A DNA stretch of 64,000 bases from contig JBPGPT010000003.1 in the NCBI GenBank assembly GCA_051047955.1, positions 310,001 to 374,000 of the forward strand. Reading direction: 5' to 3'. Shown here piece by piece: positions 13,364 through 26,948 of this stretch (its first letter is position 1; every line of letters begins with the position of its first letter). A model generated the notes under the pieces. That model searched no databases. It worked only from the letters and a program-made list of their open reading frames with translations, and was not told the DNA's origin. The position numbers were made by a program, and so were the translations under genes. The stretch is from Cystobasidiomycetes sp. EMM_F5 (taxonomy: Eukaryota).

Positions 13364-14787
13364 CTACGAGGGCGCAGGCCAGCGACTGCCAAATTCATCA
13401 TCCTCGATTGCTGGTTTGCGCGCCCGAGTGACAGTGATTCCAGAGCGTCTTTCATGCTCTTTCCGCAAAGATGGATACATTGCGTGGTCTTCGCGATATA
13501 TGTCTTCGCTCTGCGGTTCCCAGTCATCCCGCATTTCATCTTCCTCCTCTTCTCGCTCTTGCGCCTCCAATTCGGCTATCATTTCGGCAGGAGTCTTCGC
13601 TGTCTTGCTTTGAGACCCCTTGCGGGCGGCAGATGTGCCTAGCGGGACATTGACGTTCATATCCTTGAGAGCACGTTCTAACTCCTTCTGCTTCGCTGCG
13701 TCCTTCGATGCCTGGCGTTCCTTTTGCATTTCGAGCAACTCCGGTTTGTACACGCTGGTAAAAGCAAAGTCAGCAGTGAATACAAGAGCGTAGATCATAG
13801 GGTAGGCTTGAGACATACTCTTCGTACTCCTTCCTGGCCTCCTCGACTCTCTCAAAGAATTCTTCCATGCCGTCTCCAGTTACAGCAGAAACGCCGCATG
13901 CGCGCAAATTGTTGTAGAACTCTTCCAATACCAGCGACATACTGCTCATCAAGCTTGTCATGAAGGCTCCATTGCGGTCTGCGTCACTGTCAGGGGTCTG
14001 CTTCTTGAGCAGCGCTGACTGATACGCTTCAAAATCCGTCATCCACTCTTTCGCAAATGCCCAGTCCTTGACATCGGTTTTGTTGAAGACTAGGATGAAA
14101 GGGAGTTTGGTTTTGTACAGAATTGAGCATGCGTACAGCATGTTGCTCATGAAGGTTTCGGGTGCTGCTGTGCGAGGAGTGTCAATGATATACGCCACCA
14201 CAGTTGGCATTGAGCTGGCGAGGGCGTCCGTAATAATGGCTCCACTGGCAGACCAGGTAAAAATCTCAATTTGGCCAGGTGTATCCAGTAGAATATATGG
14301 CGCTTGCCCGGACGCTGCTTTACGGTCTACATAGTCCAAGACTTGGTCGAACTTTGTTGTGAAAAGATTCAATGCAGTCATGATTCCGCCGTTCGGGCCA
14401 AGGTTATACTGCTTCATAACTTCCTTGTAGTCCACAGTATCTCGTATATCGATGTTGGCTTCATAGCCCAAATTCACGACTGCTGGATCCAGGTTCAGGA
14501 CGTAAGGTGGTTTGCTCTTGCCATGTAAATACGATGTGAGACGATGGATGAGCGTAGTCTTCCCTGATTATCAACCATGACGGATGAGCGCAAGTAACAC
14601 TAGCGGGAGTCCACTGCTTACCGGACCCAGCCATTCCAATGGCAATTATGCAGACTGACGGCGGCGACGGTCGTGAAGCCAACGTCGAGGCAGCTTCGGC
14701 TCTTTGGTGTAAATCATCTTGATGAGGTGAAGCTGCGTCCGCAGACGCATTGTCGTTGTCGGTAGCTCGCTGCTTTCCTTTATCCAT
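13364..14787 (-). CDS. NPA3: GPN-loop GTPase 1 (RNA polymerase II biogenesis)
   Basis: [10 protein letters not shown]-loop, [16 protein letters not shown] (GPN loop), [27 protein letters not shown]. Confidence 0.95.
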
Positions 14788-15131
14788 AATTTCCAGCTTT
14801 ATGGTACTTGGAGTCCGAGTGCTTCCAACGCGGGATGTTCGCACATAATGAAGTATAACAGCTGAATCCAGCAAACTATGGCTGGCAGACACGCCTATTT
14901 CGGGACTGACCTCAATCTAGCTGCTTTCAAGACCCCGCTTATTGACAGGCCACATCAAACCGAATGACCGTTCAAGTGGAGGCTTCTTACCGACTAACCG
15001 CTCTCGATCCGTCGGACAGTCAATTAGGCCACGGACCCCATAGCTAATTACTACCGGAATGCCGTTCATTCATCACTCTGCTCGGTCACGGAACAGCTCG
15101 TCAACAGCAAATAATCGCATCTGCATGCAGG

Positions 15132-16051
15132 ATGACCAAATTCTTCAGTGTGACAGCTCGTCCATGGCAGAATACGCATCTCCTCAAGCCTAAAGTGGAG
15201 CCTCCTCCAGACCCTCCCAAGACTGATCCGCCTGCACCCGGTAGGCAGAACTTCTTTTGGCAATGCCCTTTGGTATTGAATCTTTCTCGTTTCATAGTCG
15301 TGGTGACCTACAGCTTCTACATCAGAGGCCCCTACATTCGGTCACCCACTTTTAGCGAGTTTTCGCCATATTCTGCTCATCCCGTAAATCTCGCTGGAGT
15401 ACGCTATGCGACTGCGGCTCACCTGTACTGGTGTATTCGGCTCAGCACACATGCCGCCGTCGTCCAGGATCTACAATCTCATGCTGGCTTTCCACCAGAG
15501 CAGACAATACCACGTTTGCTTGCAATCGCTGCCACATTCAAACTTCCACTCAACAGCGACGTTGTATGGAAATGGAGACGGGACGGCATCATGCATGGCA
15601 TCATGGCCCTCAAATTTGCGCAACACAGCGACTTGCGCAAGCTATTGCTTAGCACGGAAGAGGTGCCTCTTGTCTATGAGCAAATCCCACCTGCCGCACA
15701 AGGCAGCTCAGTACTGGGACTACTTGTCGGTAGCAGTCCGACAGCCTCTCTGCTGCCAGCTGTTTACGAGTATGCTGATCTCGAAGAAGATATATACTGG
15801 GGTGCCAATCCTAATGATCCCTCTGACACTACTGGTAATGCATTGTAGGTCGTTGAGTGGAAGACCTGAATAGTGCTGACATAAGCCTTTTCCCCGACAG
15901 AGGCAGGATTTTAATGGATTTGCGGCGTCGCTTCAGAGCAGAGGAAGCGCAAACATTGAATCTCTGTCAAAGTTTGTCGGACGTCTGCAATTCTATACCC
16001 GGCAGTCCGACGTCTTTGAGGACATCCGAAGCACCCTTACCAGAAATGTAG
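15132..16051 (+). CDS. NADAR (YbiA-like) domain protein, copy 1, divergent
   Basis: FSEFSPYSAHPV, RYATAAHLY, IMALKFAQHSDLRKLLLST, DIYWG, GNAL|GRILMDLR. Introns 15241-15297 and 15845-15900. Confidence 0.8.
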
Positions 16052-16388
16052 CGATCTGTACCAGAAGTTCCTTCAATGCTCCCCTCGCAAATCTGACGCA
16101 TTTACACACCCATCGAGGCCTGGCGTTTGTCAAATGCATGTAAAACACAATATGTGGCGAGTTCAGTACGACATACGCTGGACTTCTGGACTTGTCTGAC
16201 AGACGTTGCATATGAGCGTGTTACACGGCATGTAGGCTGTGTCGCTTACAGATCTACGGACGCAAGTGACATCCAAGAGGACTGGCAGAGTGACTTGTCA
16301 AGGACATACCAGTACATGCCAGGTGTCTGATTCACTCACTATTTCCTCACGCAGCAGCGACATTGTCTCCGTAATATAGAGCGGCTAG

Positions 16389-17334
16389 ATGAATTGGTGC
16401 AGAGATTTTTGGACACCCCGCGCTCGCCCCTGGCACGCTAGTCCGGGCAAGGCTCCACAAGACACGGCATCGGACAAACTAGCTGCATCATCCGCCGTGG
16501 AGGAGCCCAAGACAGCAACATCAGCCCCGCCGAATGTAGATTGCGAGACCTCAGACGTCCCAGCGAGCCATGCAGATGCCGTAGGAATTGAGCCGAAGCC
16601 GGCAGACCCGTTCCTCTTCTTCTATCACTCAAGTGGTGTACATCTGCACGCTGAATTCTCACCATACTCACCGCACCCAATCATGTTTGGGGGTCGGTTA
16701 TATCCAACTGTCGCACATCTCTACTGGCTCGTTGCATTCAGTGGCCACACGAATATCGTTCGAGAACTCAATAGGCTGGCCGATATCGACCATCAAGCCA
16801 GTCTCGTCAGGGTAATTGCCATCGCACGAGCATACTCGGCTCTCGTCGCGTCAGATCCGTCTTTCTCCAAAAACCGTCTTTCCGTAATGTATGCGTTGCA
16901 AGCTATGAAATTTGCTCAGCACAGCAAACTGTGCGAGCGATTGGTAGCTACAGGCGATCGCCCAATAGTCTACAGTCAATGCTCGTCCCAGACGACCATG
17001 GACGTTGTCAGCCAGACTTCTGACCTTCCGAGCGATCAGCACAACTTGCACTTTGCTGTGGACGACCTCCACCTCGAAGACGATTCATTTTGGGGCACAA
17101 CTGCAAGCACAGACAAGGCTGCAGAGGGGAGTAATCACCTGTGAGCATACAGCATACCTTCACGCCTCGATGATTACTGACACATCCATATTTGGGATTG
17201 TTAGAGGTGAGATTTTGATGAAGCTTCGTCGTCAATACCAGGAAGAGGACGACGGAAACGTACTGTTGGAGATTTGCTCTGGCATAGATACCCTCACAGC
17301 ATCCATAGGGTTACCCACCTCGCAATGTTTGTAA
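16389..17334 (+). CDS. NADAR (YbiA-like) domain protein, copy 2, divergent
   Basis: AEFSPYSPHPI, LYPTVAHLY, AMKFAQHSKLCERLVATGDRPIV, DDSFWG, GSNHL|GEILMKLR. Intron starting 17141 is at the same position as in copy 1. Confidence 0.8.
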
Positions 17335-17495
17335 CAGACATTTTTTTGGGTAAGTCGCGAGAGTTGCAGGAATATGCAAGGAAGAAATTCGGGTAAAACA
17401 TGGACAATGTTGATTAGCAACAACAGCAACGATGACTGAAAAGGATATCCGAACGAAGTATGTGTGTGCGTGGGTCCCGAAGCGGACACGTTCAA

Positions 17496-18748
17496 TCAGC
17501 GACGGATCGTACGCTTTGCGGGTCGTGCGCCACCCTCGTCCATATCCATATCGTAAGCTGAACTACTGACAAATGCCGCTTGCTCTTGCTCGTGCCGCTG
17601 ACTTTGAGTGTGAGCCGCTCTGTCGTCAGCATTGCCACCAGGCAGGACATCTTCCGCACTCATGTCAACGGCCGGTGCCAGAATAGCGGTCGTCCACCTT
17701 CTCTTCATGCCTGCAGCTGCTGATGCTGCGTCACGGTCCGGTTCACCTCCATCTCGGGTTCGCTCGCGATGCTGCTGCCTATGTTGCATTCTCCTGTCCT
17801 TGTCCCTTCCGCGTCGTGTTTGAAGCCGCGTCAAGGGACTCTGGCTGCTAGTGGAAGCATGTAGAGTGGATATAGGCGATTCTACCGAGGCAGATGAAGG
17901 AGGATTCGAGAACTCGAGCTGAGGAATAATGACTGAAGTGTTTCTGGACTCTGGAGATGTGGGCGCAGACGACGATGCATGGCTAGGCTCTGCACGCCCG
18001 GTCATGGGGTGCAGAGGGTCGTGCGTCGGCGGGAGAATTGTGGAAGAAGGGCCCGGTTGCGATGCGATTGCGGGGCGATTTGCAGCGGGAGAAGTAGAAC
18101 GGTAGTTTGAACGCTGTCGTCGAGATTGCCGTGAATGCTGATATGCTGCAGCCAGGTTTGTAGACGTATTGGTTGGTGGCAGATTCTGCGTGACGGATGA
18201 GCTGGTGGATGGTCGCCTGCTGCGAGACGTAACAGCGGTTGGAAGACTGTGCGCCGCCTGATCGATATCGTCCTCATCTGCCTCCGAGCCAGCTGATTTG
18301 ATTGCTTCTTGCCGTGCCTGTTAGAGTCATACAATAAGCAATTGCCTCCCATGCCACACAGACGACAATGCCGGTCCTAGCCCAGTCCGGAAACACGCAC
18401 CTCTATGTAGTCGATGATGTGAGCGATACTCTCGCTCGGCCTGCCTTGATTGACGTCCAGACCCTGCTGCAAGTACTCTTGTATGTCCTGGAGTGCAGCC
18501 GAGTAACCGGCCTCAAACGCTGCAGAGGCGAGACGCAGTCGGGAATCAGTCAGTATAGCGAATGCATACCAACACTCAGGACAGGGTGCCCACTCACCCT
18601 TCTTTGTGGAGTTCTGTGCCGCTCGCAAAAGCGTCGTTATCGCCAGAGCTGATCCACGGAACGCTGACTGAAGTCCAGCCTCTGCGGCGTTGAGAGCGTT
18701 GGTCGAGTTGCGAGGGAGGTTGTCTGCGAGACGTCCAAGTGACTCCAT
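17496..18748 (-). CDS. Conserved hypothetical protein, possibly HAPSTR1/C16orf72/YJR056C-like N-terminal helical domain
   Basis: LQSAFRGSALAITTLLRAA...AFEAGYSAALQDI pattern, then a long disordered Ser/Pro/Arg-rich tail. Two or more introns. Confidence 0.5.
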
Positions 18749-18980
18749 CGCAGCGGCTGACTTGGGTGCAGGTTGCCCGATTGACGTCCAGTCGAAGCAG
18801 GAGGCACCAAACAATAATGGCAGCAACCACTTCATCTCATCACAATCGAGCATCAATGAGCGAAGTCCCGATGTCTGCAACAAGCTGACTATACTACTAT
18901 GCAGTCTATGCTCAATGTAGTACACATCACGCAGCTAACGCCTAAGAGATTAGTCTCGACAGCAAGCAGAGCTTCGACTA

Positions 18981-19920
18981 ATGCTGCAAGGCATTACTTC
19001 TGTGCGGCAACGCCCTTGTCTAGGGTTGATCGTATTCAGATGTGCTAAACATATACTGCTGGCCGCTCTTCACTTCCTATGGCCTTATTTTCAGATGACA
19101 TGTCTGTTATTGACCCTTTTCGTCACATCCGCCGCTGATATTGGCTGAATTGAAGTGACGAGCACGGCCAGCTGTTCCTTTCTGGTACCAAGATAGTATG
19201 TCAATGTCTGATGGGCTGGCATTGGGCTGACAGAACGCAAATATCCTTGTCTGTAGCGGAACTTCACCTCGTGCTACAAGGATCCGCAGTAAGTTCAGAC
19301 AGCCGTCACGGCCGTCTTTTACACACTCTCGAACATTGAGATCCAGCTTTCTGGACTTCTTCTACTCCCGCTTGAAACCGCTAAGTGTGTCGTCACTGCC
19401 TCAAGCAATTATCAGACCCCTGCACAACAAAGGCTATACTTTTATAAGTCTATGTGGAATCGAGAGAAACTTTGTGCGGTCACAAGATACGCCCGTGGTC
19501 TTTCGGCTGTTACAGCAGGATGCAGATGGCAAGTGTAAGCCATTTGTCTGTATTCAAAGGACGCTGCTGTAGCATCAACGGGGTCTCTGCATAGGGTATC
19601 TTCATTGGGCTGGAACTATGAAGGAGCCCTTCCGACCGGCTGCCCTCAAGGTTGACACTAGAGGCTATCTGTACCACCCTTCTCCACCCCGACATACGAA
19701 ACTCTTCAGAAAGCCCAGCGGTTCAACCGAGGACGAACGCGATGACACGGTCGTAGACTCCTTCAGCCTGATCAGATCTGAAGTAGTCACATCTTTACTC
19801 GGTGAAAAGCTGTCTATTGACCAGGTGACGTCTGGCTGTAGTTTATTGTGGGAGAATCACCATCATCCAATCGGGACTTTGGCGGATACAGAAGTTACGC
19901 GTGGTAGCGGATGGAATTAG
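18981..19920 (+). CDS. UPF0598 / C8orf82-like (DUF4505) protein; start approximate
   Basis: DEHGQLFLSGTKI|RNFTSCYKDP|SFLDFFYSRL...FISLCGIERNFVRSQDTPVVF...GYLYHPSP. Confidence 0.8.
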
Positions 19921-20065
19921 TAATATGTGTAGCCTTTTAGTGTACGCGTTTGCTCGCTTACCATAATATTGCAAGATGATATAGACTCGATTGGTCTTGA
20001 ATTGAAGCTTGCTCAGGCAGCCCACCGGCTACTCTTCGTCCAACCCTTATTATTGCTGCGAAAGG

Positions 20066-21120
20066 ATGCCTCGCCGCTTAGGTTCTAGCGTCCCGACGAC
20101 GGTCTCGCGCTTGCTGCAAGCTGGATTCATCAAAACTCCTCCGCCATGGTTCGAAGCAGTATCCACTGTCGCACCTCAGCGAGCAAGCATAACGCGGCGA
20201 ATGCCACAAGGCAGCTCAAATACCAGTGCTATTGGCACAAAGGCTTCTACTTCAACAGATGCGTCGTCGGATGACTCGGCGTACGCATGGCAGGGCTCGC
20301 GCAAAATCCGTAGAGCTACATCACTCCGCTACAGACCTCCCAAGCCTGCCCCACTAGACGGATACACTGTTCGAGATCGTGTACGTGACCACTTCTTCAA
20401 GGATCACCCATTCGAAGCGTTCCGCGGAATCAACTTGGTCGAAACAGACAGGTTATTGTCTGATAATGGCTTGGATGTCGCACCTCCGGAATGGACCGAA
20501 CTCAGGCAGCGTACCCGTTGCCCAACAGGAGACGAGTATGTAACCGACGCGAGACACAATCTCTTTGATGGCTGAATCTGAATTGCCATTTTTCTGTATG
20601 AAGCGCTGTTGACTTTATCTGCTGCCTTCACTCGGTACACGGGATCCCGCTTGCTTTAGCCTACTCTGCAGGCGTACAACAGTACAGATCGCTGAGAGCG
20701 TCCTACGAAACGATGCTACACTCTGCACAAGTTGAAGCGCAAGCATACGGATCAACGTGGCCGACTGAATTCAGCGCTCTTGATCGCTTGAAGCGCGCGG
20801 AGGAGCGCAATATGCTCGACGTATTGAAGGATAAAGACATCGCGGATACAGCTTTGAGGCGGACGGGCGGATCGGTGGTCAGTGAAAGCAGATCCGGTAG
20901 CCTTCTCGACCCAATCAGACCTATGCCACAAGGATGGAGTGAAGGCACACAGTACTTGCAGGGAAAACGCGCCGAGGTATCTACACCAAATCAAGAAAGT
21001 AAAGGCATAATTGGGGGAAGGCAGAGCTCCGGAGCCGGTTTAGATGTATTCAGCAAGATGCTTCAACAGAGCATTGCGAAACGAGAAGCGGCCGCGAAGA
21101 CCTCGACGCGGAGCTCATGA
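20066..21120 (+). CDS. RSM25: Mitochondrial ribosomal protein mS23
   Basis: VSRLLQAGFIKTPPPWFEAV, DRVRDHFFKDHPFEAFR, AVDFICCLHS..AYSAGVQQYRSLR. One intron starting ~20535. Confidence 0.8.
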
Positions 21121-21374
21121 CTGCGCACTTGTATACACAATGATCACAGTAGTCACAGTAGTTATCTTCTTCAATCTATTTGATCTTTAGATTCTTTTTT
21201 AGATTCTTTACGCACGAATTAGTCGGCCTCGAGCTCGCTCCGCAGGTTTCGCTTATAACATCTGGTTGGGGACAACAACTCACTTGATCCTGCTCGCCAT
21301 GATTATATAGACACACCACAATTTATGAGCGCGGAAGAAGGCAAATGCAGCTGGCTATGCAAGCCGGCTAAAGC

Positions 21375-24300
21375 ATGACCGCCACTGGTACACAACACGT
21401 AGTGTCTTGTGTGCTGGCACTCGACGGGAGTGAGCGGGTAACCCAGCAATGGACAGACTTCTATCTGCCGAGGATACTGGGAGTCCTGCAGTACGTGTGC
21501 TGACGGTCTAAGTCAGCGTCCATAGTGCTGACATTCGGTGCAGTGAGATTACGCTCACTCACGCCAAGTGTGTGGTAAGCACCCTGATGGGCTGTTCATC
21601 ATGGAAAAGATACCATAACAGCTCAGCCTAACCAGTTTTGTATACTCTCAAGCTCGACATTGCCACAGTTGTCATTAATTCGCTGGCTCCTTCAAGCAGA
21701 CGCCCCATCGTCATCCGGCCATTTATCGCTACACAAGACTTGACGACTTCATTGTCAAATGTCCTCTTAGCGAATGGTGCTTCAGCCAAAGGTCGGCATC
21801 GCGTATCCAATTCTGGTAACAATTATGCAGTGCTTGAGGGTTTGTACGCAGCCGTCGATGTGAGAAATACTGCATACATACGCAAGATGGTTCATTAGGC
21901 CAGCCAACGCTGATTCACTGATCCAGATGCTGGAGGCTCGGCGCGGAAACCCTTCCGTGGTAGCCAACTACATCGTTCTAGCATCGGCATACGATATTCC
22001 CGACGCAACCTTCAGCGATGATCTCTTTGACAGCCTTGTCACTGCTAGACTACCAGACACAACTGGGTCGTCGGCTCTTGAGACTCATTTCGGCCTACGC
22101 AAATGCGCTAGCTGGCAAGATCTGTTGAAGAGCCTCACCAAGGTGAGCTCCCTCTTTGTTGCCATGCGGCAGTGACTGATTTCTCAATCTACCAGGGTGA
22201 CATACATATGTGCCTTGTGTCTGCCTCCAGCTTGCCCAAGCTGGAAGGTTTTCAGCGCTCCGCCACTACCGCCAAAGGGGTACTGACACAGACGCTTCCA
22301 TCGCATCAGACGATCGAGCAGGTAGTCTTGCTCTCCGGTACAAACACAGGTTAGCACGAGGTTGTCTAGGGGCTCCTCGCATTCTGACTTTCCATTCGGT
22401 TGGGTGTTCTTGCGGCTATTCAGATTGCCCTCTACCTGTCTTGCCGTCGTCGACCGCTAGCGCCGGCAGTAAGCGGAGACGTCAGGAGTCCAGTTCCCGT
22501 GTCGGCCAAGTTAGCCACGGGAGTCTAGCAGGATCAGACGGTCCCCATCCGACGAAGAAAATGCGAATGTCTCCCATACCGGAGACAAAGCGCGAAGAAG
22601 TGAGCAGTAAAGAACCGAAGCTCGAACTTTCCGTAGACAGAGACTCTGCGCGTATCAAGCACGCAAGGCCCTCGTCGGAAGCTGTTGAATCACTGACCAT
22701 GCAAGCCAACTCACTATTCCTGGAGAATCTGCACGACGGAGCGTCTTTAGGTGCCGCTCCAACTTCGTATCCACAAACTTTCATCCCTATGTCTCATTCT
22801 CAGCCTGCCATAGGCAACGATGGGATCATGCGAAGTGATGTCGAGTCCAATGCAAACACTGTTCCACCAACAGCAGGCCATGCGCCTATATCCATGCAAG
22901 AGCTAGGACAAAAGCGGGAAGAAGTGAAGTCACAAATGCGCCAGTTTATGTTGCATCTCGCGAATATGGCTAAGACAGGTCAGATTACGCTGGAACGAGC
23001 TAAGCATACCGCCGAAAAGGTCAAGGCTGAAGCTCTCAAAAAGTCAGTAAAGTCTATCCGCTCTAATCTCGTCTCGTTACAATAGGGGCTGCGTTGAATG
23101 TTGTCGCCACCAGAATTCACCTCCTGGACTCGCTGGAAGCTTCAAATTCGTCAAACCCGCCCCCGGCGACTCTTGGGCCTACGAAGGCGATAGATCTGAT
23201 CGATGAGTCCACATCCCCGAGCTTACAAGTTCAAACCCAGCAGAGGCAACTTTATGCACCAGACTCAGCGTCTCAATGGCAACCTGCTCCCAACCTCCCA
23301 CCGATGTGGTCAAACGCGCAGGAAACCGCTTCAGGCGATAGACATCCGCACACACTTTCTGTAGGCACATCTCAGTCATCTGCGGATTCATTGATCCTGG
23401 GCATGCCACCTTTAAATGCCACAGCTCCCGCAAAGAACCCTCTCGAGCCACAACACCAATTTGTTGAACAGGTATCACTGGAAATGCCCACGCCATCATC
23501 GCCTCCGCGACCTGCGGGTCCCATCGTGTGGTCTGGATTTGTGCAATGGCAGCTCATGGATCCAAATACGAAGACGAGAAGAGAGCTGGCCTTCTATGTC
23601 GATGCGATTCCCTTGCGCGCCGGCGCATCGACGGAACTGTACGCCAGTCCTCACTGACTGTATCCGTCGTTCCGACACTGATATATGTCTCCACTCTTAG
23701 GCTTAACATGCCCTGGCCGCGAGTAATGGACATCTCGCATATTGCACAAATGCAAGTTGCCGAACTCCAGAAATATGCTCAAGATAATCGCATCCAGGTA
23801 ATACAGCTGGTGCGGCCGGAAGTCGACCGCCTTTCGAGCGTGGGCACAAGCAAGGTTCAGAACGACCAGCTCTATCAAATCCTGGCAAAAGGCCTAGAGC
23901 AGAAAGGATCGGTGGGCATCGTCAAACTCCCTGTGTCAAACAGAGGTATTGTCATCGTCGCTTTGCCGAGTAAGTGCTTTTGCACAGAGTTCATCTGCAC
24001 TTCTGACTCAGGGTTTTCGTGCCAGACCAAGGCAAGCTCGTTGGCTTGATCTTTCTCAACACGCCGCTTCCTCCGCGGATCCCTTCAGCACCAACGACGT
24101 TCACCCCGCCTGTTTCGACCGTGCCGCTATACCCGCATCAACAATCTGCATCAACGGCAGTCGATGCGACGTCAGGAAACCCAACGCGTATCCACTTTGA
24201 TTTACAGTCGAACGTCAATCCACCTTTGCCTGGCCAAGAGAATGTCGCTGGAAGCCAGCACGTTCAGCAGACAGCTGCTACCGGCCAGTACTCAGGACAG

Positions 24301-24435
24301 TCTTTCGCGCACGATGCTGGACAAATCGCATACATTCCGACTGCTGCTATAACTCAGCCTGTTCAATGGTCGGATGCCCAATTTCAGGCAATGTTTGCGT
24401 CACTACAAAACAAGGAAGGGCAAAGAAACCGCTGA
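21375..24435 (+). CDS. Mediator subunit 25-like protein (N-terminal VWA-like domain, C-terminal ACID/PTOV-like domain)
   Basis: N-term SCVLALDGSERVTQQWTDFYLPRILGVL and AVLEGLYAAVDML. C-term IVWSGFVQWQ, WPRVMDISHI, GSVGIVKLPVSNRGIVIVALP|DQGKLVGLIFL. Many GT-AG introns. Confidence 0.6.
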
Positions 24436-24568
24436 TTGGCTGCAAAAGCAAGCAATGTCGGATCACCTGTATGGTCATGTGCAATGACGGTCTCCACTTT
24501 CATGCAAAGCTCTCGATAGTAAACTTGTCGCGCAGATCGCGAACGAGGCCCTCAAACTATGCTACAGA

Positions 24569-26184
24569 TCATGAAGACATGGTCTCGTCCTTATTAGACT
24601 TTCCTAGCTTTGCCATTTCTTCTTCCTCCCTCTTCCGCTTACTCGACCCGCTTGGCGCCACGCCAGTCAACAGCTTGTTGGCGTCTCGACTGGTGAAGTT
24701 GATGAAGAGTGGCGTGGACGACGCAGCCGACGACCGTCGAGAGACAGCTTTGCCGCTGGTGCGGCGCAACGGAGTTGTCGGTGGAGGCAGGACATTGTTG
24801 ATGGAGCTGGATCGAGGGGGAGAAGTGGAGGCAGGAATTCTGTACGGAGAATACCCTGTCGACGGTGACAGTGAACTAGGGCCAAATGTCGCACGTCTTG
24901 GCCCAGGGTCGGGTCGAGATGGCGTCAGGCTCAGATAGGGAGTGGCTGCTTGTGTCTGGGTGCTATGGGGGCTAAGGAAGGCCATCGGATCGCCTGGCGC
25001 CAACGCCGCCGAATCGATCGAAGACCCTCTCCTTCGATTACCTGTAAGGTTCCCGTTATGGCTGTAGTACAGGTCCTCATGCGCGAGTGGCGCTGATACG
25101 GTTCTCTCGAAGGGGCTGCTGGTATACTCCAGGCTCGGAGTTACAATCGGTTCAAACCCGTGGAAGGAAGAGAACGTCCAGCTTGGATTCGGTGCCGCGG
25201 AGGCAACGAGTGGTAGTGCGCTGGTTGATGCAGGTCCAGAAAAGCTAAAGGCTGATTGCCAGCCCGACGGCTGAGGCGGGATTCCAGCCTGATGTAAACC
25301 CTGCTGGTAGCTATGTTGTTCGACATTGCATGCCAGAGGGTCTGGCCCAAGCATATGAAAGTCATCTGGCTGTAACAAGACCCCTGAAAAATTGTAATTT
25401 GCGGGGTCCTGTTGACCCTGTTGCCTCGCTGACTGATGTTGAAAATCTGGCGTAACGACGAGCGTGGTGTGGGCAGGAACCGGCGGGAAAAGGTCTGGAT
25501 TGGCGGGTGGTAGCGAGTCATGCTGATTCTGCCCAAATACTTGCGCATACAATCGGTCCACACCATGGTCCACACCTGAGACAGGATGAAATTGCTGATG
25601 TGCTTGTGGATGCTGTGGTGCAACCATGTTGGTGGATGCTGTGCTCGTCATGGCAGGCTGGTGGAGCATAAGCGGTTCTGAAACTGAAGTAGGCTGATAT
25701 GCTGGTCTAACAGGGAAGGGTGTTGGTCTCGCCGGCGTAGGCTGAAAAGTTGCAACCGATGCACGTCGATAATCATTGTGCTTAGGAGCGGCCAAATGTT
25801 GCTCCTGGAAAGGTCCATTTGCATGCAGGGGTGTCGACAGAGACATTCGTTGCATACGATTTGCAGAACTGAGATTTTGGGCGTTCCGCTGTGCAAGATA
25901 AGCATCTTGTAACGCTCCGAACGAAGAACCATGAGCATCATTTTCACCACAGCTTGCGGGAGAAGCAAGAGCGAAGGGCGTAATCGGAGTTTGCGCACTG
26001 GATGAGGTGCTGATGGGCGACACAAATATACTGCTAGGTGAATAGCTAGAAGTAGAAGCAGTATCGTAAGTGGGGGAGAAGACTAGCTGTCCGAGCTTGG
26101 CTGCAGAGTACTGATGAGCCTGAGGGGTTTGAGCAGATGTTGAAAGTACACAATCGACAGATAGCGAAGATCCCGTTGATGGCA
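24569..26184 (-). CDS. ESC1/WetA-related domain transcription regulator; start uncertain (possible ATGs 26184 or 26230, or an upstream exon)
   Basis: Long Pro/Ser/Gln-rich ORF ending in LFINFTSRDANKLLTGVAPSGSSKRKREEEE, the ESC1/WetA C-terminal signature. Confidence 0.8.
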
Positions 26185-26948
26185 TCTGGCCAACGGCTCT
26201 CCGCTCAAATAATGTTGTGGAGCGCTGCATGATGCGCCCGTATACGAAGTACACAGAGATGTAGGTTCACTGGCGAAGCAACCACAATCAGCATTTTCTT
26301 TTCGACGTTCTCCTTGCACGCGACAGGCCCAGACAGGTACAAGGTACCGCGTCAGGTGTTTTGATGTATGAGAGGTTACTCACAATGCAAGGCTCCGCTC
26401 GTGTCTCTACGGATGTATTGACGGCAGTGGATGCTATTGCGCAAGCTGTTGCGTCGAAGAGTGCTGTCGTTTGGAGGGAAAAGGAAAGATAGGTACGCTT
26501 GCAGTCGTGAGGCAGCTAGTCGACAACAACCGGGTGAGGCAGGACCACGGCCATACAAGGTCTATGACCTGAACATGACCCAAAAAAGCGGATAATTCGT
26601 TTGTAACAATCTTCTTTATCATCACTTGTTTGTATCGTATGTAGACGCGGTCCGGTCCGAAAGGGCAACAAGCCTGCCATCCTGTAACCGCGAAAGGCAA
26701 CTTTTGCCATTTCCGGCCGCGGTCGTTGGACAGCGTATATAAGAGTAGGTAGCGAGGGCAGACAGTATAACTTTCTTCTCCCAGCTGGTTCTTGTTACCG
26801 GTTTTTTGTATTGTATATGTGGGCGTGTTGCGGCCCGGGCCGGTCGTCGATCGAGAAGGATGGCGGATTAATCGTGGCTACGTCAAAGCGATTGGAGCCG
26901 AAGGAGCGTTATTCAACTTAATACGTACTCCATCAGTGCACGTACGGC

